Positions 59,523-64,000 of a stretch of 64,000 nt of DNA are shown here, one piece after another; the first letter of the stretch is position 1; each line of letters opens with the position of its first letter. The translations under genes and the position numbers were made by a program. The notes below the pieces were generated by a model that worked only from the letters and a program-made list of their open reading frames with translations, was not told the DNA's origin and did no database searches. Source of the DNA: Gemmatimonadaceae bacterium (GTDB lineage: Bacteria; Gemmatimonadota; Gemmatimonadetes; Gemmatimonadales; Gemmatimonadaceae); contig JANRJP010000096.1 in assembly GCA_033763905.1 (NCBI GenBank), forward strand, positions 1-64,000, written 5' to 3'.

Positions 59523-59887
59523 TGCTGTCGACGAGGCTGGCCTCGCGCGTGTCGTTCATGACCTCGGTCCCAAAAGCGCGCAAGCGTCCTCGTGGAGACC
59601 CCTTCCCCTGTGTGCGCGGATGGTGGGTACTGCGGCTACTCCTCTCGAAGAGAGGTTGAGAGTTCACAGTATCGGGGGGGGGGCGCGGACCACAGCGCTG
59701 ACCGGCCCTAGAGTGCGCTGGGGCCGTTGACCCCAGTGGAGTTCTCGTCAACCTTCACTCCATCGACGCCGTCTCAGATCAACAGGTCGTGGCGGTCCCG
59801 CTTTGCGTTGAATGTCAGGAGCGTCGTGATGGACGTGCTGTGCGAGTCCTACGCGATTCAACGGTGACCCTAAGTCGGCGGTGCTGC

Positions 59888-60565
59888 ATGGAACCTCGCA
59901 TCTTTCCAAGGCTAGATGTCGCAGTCTTGAATCTGATCGAGTTCGGCTTTCTTCGAATTCTTCCGTTCTGGATTGGCTTCCTCGGAGGGTGTGCCTTCGG
60001 TGTCGGCATGGTTTCGTACGCGGAGTTCGGCGGCACACTCGATGAACGCGCACGCTGGGCTAGTGGCGCCCTCGAGATGGCCGGCACACTCTCAGTTGCG
60101 ATTGGGATTCTCGATCGACTCGAGCTGTATAGCGCGCAAGCTTTTGGCTCGCGTGTCTCATAATGGCTTCAAGGCCTCGAGGCCGCTTTCGTAACGCCTC
60201 CTACTACACGAGCTGTCCTTTCAAGTACCGCGCACATCTCGGTGAGTGCGAGCGGTCGGCTCAGCACTGAACCGCCTAGAACGGGGCTCGAGGAACGCGT
60301 CGAGTGGTTGATTGTTCGAACACAGGAGCTCACTAAGCTGATTGACGATCGACATAGCGCAGCACTTGCGGCGATCAGAAATGAAGCCGGTCGTCTCAGT
60401 GCAGAGCTGGCTAGCCTGCGTGGCGCGTTACATGACTCGCACGAAAAGGTGAAGACTTCCGCCGTTGGTGGAGTTCGGTTAGAGCTCACGGGCATTTGCT
60501 GGATCTTGATCGGACAAGCTGCTGGCGCATGGCCCTCACTGTTCCGCCACTTCTACACGCCGTAA
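59888..60565 (+). pseudogene. Hypothetical membrane protein interrupted by one in-frame TAA
   Basis: Track ORFs 59789-60163 and 60242-60565 share a frame. Only TAA 60161-60163 separates them (FGSRVS*WLQGLEAAF...), and the frame is otherwise open. Confidence 0.6.
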
Positions 60566-61146
60566 GCCGTCCGTTTGCCTGGCTGCAGGGCACCCGGAAG
60601 CCCACATGGAATTCGCCGATGCCCGTGAGGAGCTACACCTTCCGGAAGCGGCGTAGCTCTAGTATCGACTGCCTGTCATTGGGACCGAGGTTGAGGGTCC
60701 CCCCGCTGCTTCTCCGTTCTTAGGCGGACAGCTGGGCGGGTGGCGCGCGGCGCACCGCGGTCGACCTTGTGTCGGTTACCACCGACGACGAGGATACGAA
60801 GAACCACATCACAGGGACAAGGACTCGTCCACGCGCGGCATCTACATGGATGCAGAATCACCAGAGCGTCTGAAGTCGATTCGGGCGGTCCGGCAGATGG
60901 CGCGTGAGTCGGCTCGGGGTCGCGGAAAGTCGAAGAACTCGTCGCGCGCTCGCTGATCGGTCCAGCGATATCTGCCCCGCAAGACTCACGCGGGATAGAT
61001 GACCCGCCAACACCTCGCCGGCTTGTATTGACCTGCTGGTGTTACAGGTGCAACGGACGCAGTCCCGGTCGATCCGATCAATGTTGGCCGACCGTCACTG
61101 GGCATTCAGCATAGGTCCATGAACCGCGCGCTGCTCTCCCGAAACG

Positions 61147-61770
61147 TCACCGCGCGCCATGGGCGCGGACGAACCCTTCTGCGAGGTCATCGAGAAACTT
61201 CACGAGGTCCAGCGGTCGGTACGACCGACCGTCCATCTCATCTTGGTGCAGCACCGCGAGCACAACGGGTGAAATGAGCGCCAGCGCTCCGTGGCGCACA
61301 TCGAGCGGGCGCAGGTCGCCCGCCGACAGGTGTCGCTCGAGCCGAACCTCGAGCGCGCGAATCGTCGGCTCCAGCAGCTCCGAAAGGCACGCCCGCGCCA
61401 CCTCGGCGTCCTGCATCCCGTTCATGAGGCCCACGGTCAGCATTCGGCCCACGCCGGCCCGCAGCCCGTCGACGAGAAAGTCGAGATAGTCGCGCACCGA
61501 GGCCCGCAGCGGCGCCAGCGGCGCTGCCGCGATCTGCCGCAAGTACGCCTCACCCGCGAGGTGGTTGAATTGGAGCACCGCGCGCAGCACGCCGGCGCGG
61601 TCGCCGAAGTAGTGACGCAGCGTCGGCAGCGAAACCTCCGCCGCCGACGCCATCTCGCGGAACGACAGCGTCGCTCCGTCGGCCTGGCGCAGCCGATCGG
61701 CCAGGCGGGTGAGCAGGGTGGTGCGGGTGACGTCGAAGTCGGCATTCCGACGGCCGGCAGGACGGGGCAT
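61147..61770 (-). CDS. TetR/AcrR-family transcriptional regulator
   Basis: ATG 61770 preferred. HTH LSFREMASAAEVSLPTLRHYFGDR and C-terminal GDLRP.D; divergent from the efflux operon. Confidence 0.9.
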   Translation of the reverse strand: MPRPAGRRNADFDVTRTTLLTRLADRLRQADGATLSFREMASAAEVSLPTLRHYFGDRAGVLRAVLQFNHLAGEAYLRQIAAAPLAPLRASVRDYLDFLVDGLRAGVGRMLTVGLMNGMQDAEVARACLSELLEPTIRALEVRLERHLSAGDLRPLDVRHGALALISPVVLAVLHQDEMDGRSYRPLDLVKFLDDLAEGFVRAHGAR

Positions 61771-61826
61771 GGCGGGGAGTCCGGGGGGCAAGAATGGGGG
61801 GGCTTGTTTTCCCTCCCAAGTGTAAT

Positions 61827-61843
61827 ACAATATATCTCATTGT
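61827..61843. promoter_or_regulatory. Candidate TetR operator
   Basis: ACAAT-N7-ATTGT inverted repeat in the AT-rich gap between tetR and the ABC operon. Confidence 0.45.
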
Positions 61844-61906
61844 CTGTTCTTCTTCACGTGCACAGCGGCCCACAAGCGCTGCAACCCGAAAATGGAGTAT
61901 TGCACC

Positions 61907-62635
61907 ATGAATACGCAATATCCCTATGCCGTCGCCCGGCTCGAGGCCGCCGGCAAGGTCTACGGCACCGGAGACACCGAGGTCGTCGCCCTCACCCCAA
62001 CCTCCGTCGACATCCGCGCCGGCGAGCTCGCGCTCATCCTCGGACCGTCGGGATCGGGCAAGACCACGCTTCTTTCCCTTCTGGGCTGCGTCATCTACCC
62101 AACGAGCGGTCGCGTGGCCGTCACCGGCACCGACGTCACCGCGCTCGACGGTCCCGCGCTCGCCGCACTGCGGCTCCGCTCGATCGGCTTCGTCTTCCAG
62201 CAGTTCAACCTCCTCGCCCCGTTGTCGGCCGAGGAGAACGTCATGCTCCCGCTGCAGCTGCTCGGCGTCGGCCTGCGGGAGCGGCGTGACCGCGCCCGCG
62301 CCGCGCTCGACGCCGTCGGCATGACGCCGCATCGCACCAAGCGGCCCGGCGGCATGTCTGGCGGCCAGCAGCAGAGCGTGCCGATCGCCCGCGCACTCGT
62401 CACCGATCCGCCGCTCATTCTCTGCGACGAACCCACCGCCTCGCTCGACAGCGGGTCCGTCGGCCGCGTCATGCAGGAACTCACTGGCCTCGCCGCGCGC
62501 GGCAAAGCGGTGGTGGTCGTGACGCACGACCCGCGCCTCAACGGCTTTGCCAACCGCGTCATCACCGTCGCCAACGGCATCGCCACCGAATCCCTCCCCA
62601 CCGCCCACCACGAGAGCCTCGCCCATGTCGCGTAA
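61907..62635 (+). CDS. LolD/MacB/DevA-type ABC ATP-binding protein
   Basis: GPSGSGKTT, IGFVFQQFNL, MSGGQQQSVPIARAL, CDEPTASLD, VTHD. Start is 61892 or 61907. Confidence 0.92.
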   Translation: MNTQYPYAVARLEAAGKVYGTGDTEVVALTPTSVDIRAGELALILGPSGSGKTTLLSLLGCVIYPTSGRVAVTGTDVTALDGPALAALRLRSIGFVFQQFNLLAPLSAEENVMLPLQLLGVGLRERRDRARAALDAVGMTPHRTKRPGGMSGGQQQSVPIARALVTDPPLILCDEPTASLDSGSVGRVMQELTGLAARGKAVVVVTHDPRLNGFANRVITVANGIATESLPTAHHESLAHVA

Positions 62636-63641
62636 GTCCCTGCTCCTCCTCCTCGCCGGCGTCGCCGGCGCCGGCATCCTTGCCGTCCCCGCCTTCGGGC
62701 TGGCCGGCTACTTCGGCATGGCGCCCGACTCGCTCCCCCCCGCACGGGGCGACGATGCAGTCGCGGCGACCGGCGCCGGCCTCCCCGCCCCCGCGCGTCT
62801 CGTCGGACTCGGCCGCATCGAATCCGGCCGCGGACTCGTGATGGTCGCGAGCCCCGTCACCGGCGTCGTCGCCGAGGTTCCCGTCGAGGCGGGCGATCTC
62901 GTCCGCGCCGGCGACCGCCTCGTGCGTCTCACCGACGAGGCCGAGGCGCGAGAACTCGACGTTGCCGCCCGACGCGCCGCCGCCCAAGTGGCGCAGGTGT
63001 CGTCCGCCACCGCCGCAGTAGGCCGTGCCCGCGCCCGGCTCGCCCTCGCCGAGATCACCGCGGCGCGCACCCGCCAGCTCCGCACCACCGGCGCCGCCAC
63101 CGACGAACAGGCCCTCGCCGACGACAACGCCCTCACCGTCGCCCGGCAGGAGCTGGCCGAGGCCGACGCCGCACTCACCGGCGCGCGCGAACGGGCCGCC
63201 GAGCAGGCCGCCGAGCGCGCCGTGCGCGCCACACGCCTGGCCGAACGCACCATCCGCGCCCCGATGGCGGCGCGCGTCCTGCGCGTCGAGGTGCTCCCCG
63301 GCGCGTCGGTGAGCGCCACCGGCGCCGTCGCCGAACTCGCCCCCGTGGGTCCGCGCGTGGCCCGCTGCGAGATCGACGAACTCTTCGCCGACGCCGTGCG
63401 CGTCGGCGCCACCGGCCGCATCCGCGCGCCCGGCACCGACACGCCGATCGCCACCGGCGTCGTGCGCTTCGCCGCGCCGGCGCTCTCGCGCAAGTCGCTC
63501 TTCGCCGGCGTCTCCGGCGAGCCCGAAGATCGTCGCGTGCGCGAGGTGCGGCTCGAGCTCGCCGACGCCGCCACCGTGCCGTTCAATGCCCGCGTCGAGT
63601 GCGTCCTCGACCCGGCGCCCTCCACCACCGCGAGGCGCTGA
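62625..63641 (+). CDS. HlyD-family membrane fusion protein
   Basis: ATG 62625; N-terminal TM, lipoyl half-motifs SPVTGVVAEV.V.AGD.V.AGD.L and IRAP..ARV flanking a coiled coil. Confidence 0.88.
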   Translation: MSRKSLLLLLAGVAGAGILAVPAFGLAGYFGMAPDSLPPARGDDAVAATGAGLPAPARLVGLGRIESGRGLVMVASPVTGVVAEVPVEAGDLVRAGDRLVRLTDEAEARELDVAARRAAAQVAQVSSATAAVGRARARLALAEITAARTRQLRTTGAATDEQALADDNALTVARQELAEADAALTGARERAAEQAAERAVRATRLAERTIRAPMAARVLRVEVLPGASVSATGAVAELAPVGPRVARCEIDELFADAVRVGATGRIRAPGTDTPIATGVVRFAAPALSRKSLFAGVSGEPEDRRVREVRLELADAATVPFNARVECVLDPAPSTTARR

Positions 63642-63644
63642 CCG

Positions 63645-64000
63645 ATGCTCCGTCTCGCCTGGCAGTTCCTGCGGCACGACCGCGCCAAGAGTCTCGGCGC
63701 GCTGCTCGGGTCCGTCGTCTCGGTGTTCCTGATCGGCCAGCAGCTCGGCATCGCGACCTTCCTCACCGACGCGATGGTCGCGCCGGTGCGCCTCACCACC
63801 GCCGACCTCTGGGTCGTCGATGCGAAGAGCGAGGACGTCAACGCCCTGGGCGTCCTCGACGCCCGCGTCCTGCGACAGGTCGCGTCGACGCCCGGCGTCG
63901 CCCGCGCGGTGCCGGTCGTCCTCGCCGGCGCCAGCGCCCGCTTCGGCAACGGCGTGCAGGCCGGCATCACCCTGCTCGGCGCCGAAGCGCCGACCTTCCG
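63645..64000 (+). CDS. FtsX/DevC-like ABC permease (runs off the window)
   Basis: Translated by hand from ATG 63645: MLRLAWQFLRHDRAKSLGALLGSVVSVFLIGQQLG...ADLWV...V.STPGVARAVP. Confidence 0.85.
   Translation, partial: MLRLAWQFLRHDRAKSLGALLGSVVSVFLIGQQLGIATFLTDAMVAPVRLTTADLWVVDAKSEDVNALGVLDARVLRQVASTPGVARAVPVVLAGASARFGNGVQAGITLLGAEAPTF

Larger units (their letters stand above)
59354..64000. mobile_element. One end of a tRNA-Pro-integrated genomic island/prophage-like element (continues beyond the window)
   Basis: Displaced tRNA 3' fragment, an abrupt drop in GC and gene density after 59400, an IHF-like site and tandem direct repeats. No integrase gene lies within the window. Confidence 0.65.

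Noticed and set aside
60566..61146. Small ORFs in the island spacer
   Set aside because: They are short, with no motifs, RBS or codon bias, so I cannot support them as genes.
62562..63970. Long minus-strand ORFs over the HlyD and permease genes
   Set aside because: They are antisense shadows in very GC-rich sequence.

Overview
This is a gene-dense, high-GC bacterial chromosome segment. Its gene content (VPS10/BNR propeller proteins, an M14 peptidase, a D-aminoacylase, many hybrid histidine kinases) suggests a Gemmatimonadota-like organism, which is inference only. All family names come from motif recognition by eye, not from database searches. From left to right it carries: a minus-strand run from a HExxH/propeller/barrel outer-membrane protein to hppD; assorted metabolic genes; four histidine-kinase-type genes; a copZ-copA-csoR operon with a candidate operator; a D-aminoacylase-tspO-ABC run; two chemoreceptors (one globin-coupled) with sigma-28-like promoters; a class II photolyase fused to a renalase-like flavoprotein; and a DASS transporter. 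At 59354-59399 lies only the 3' half of a tRNA-Pro(GGG) gene. This marks an att junction of an integrated element that extends past the right edge and carries a nonsense-interrupted membrane-protein gene and a TetR/ABC-HlyD efflux module. The most intriguing signal is the tandem paralogous kinase pair at 27378-31945. One partner has a canonical H-box but an ATPase domain stripped of all ATP-binding motifs. The other has an intact ATPase and receiver domain but lacks the acidic H+1 residue, suggesting a complementary 'split' heterodimeric histidine kinase. About ten operon-head genes also look leaderless (TANNNT 6-8 nt before the start codon).
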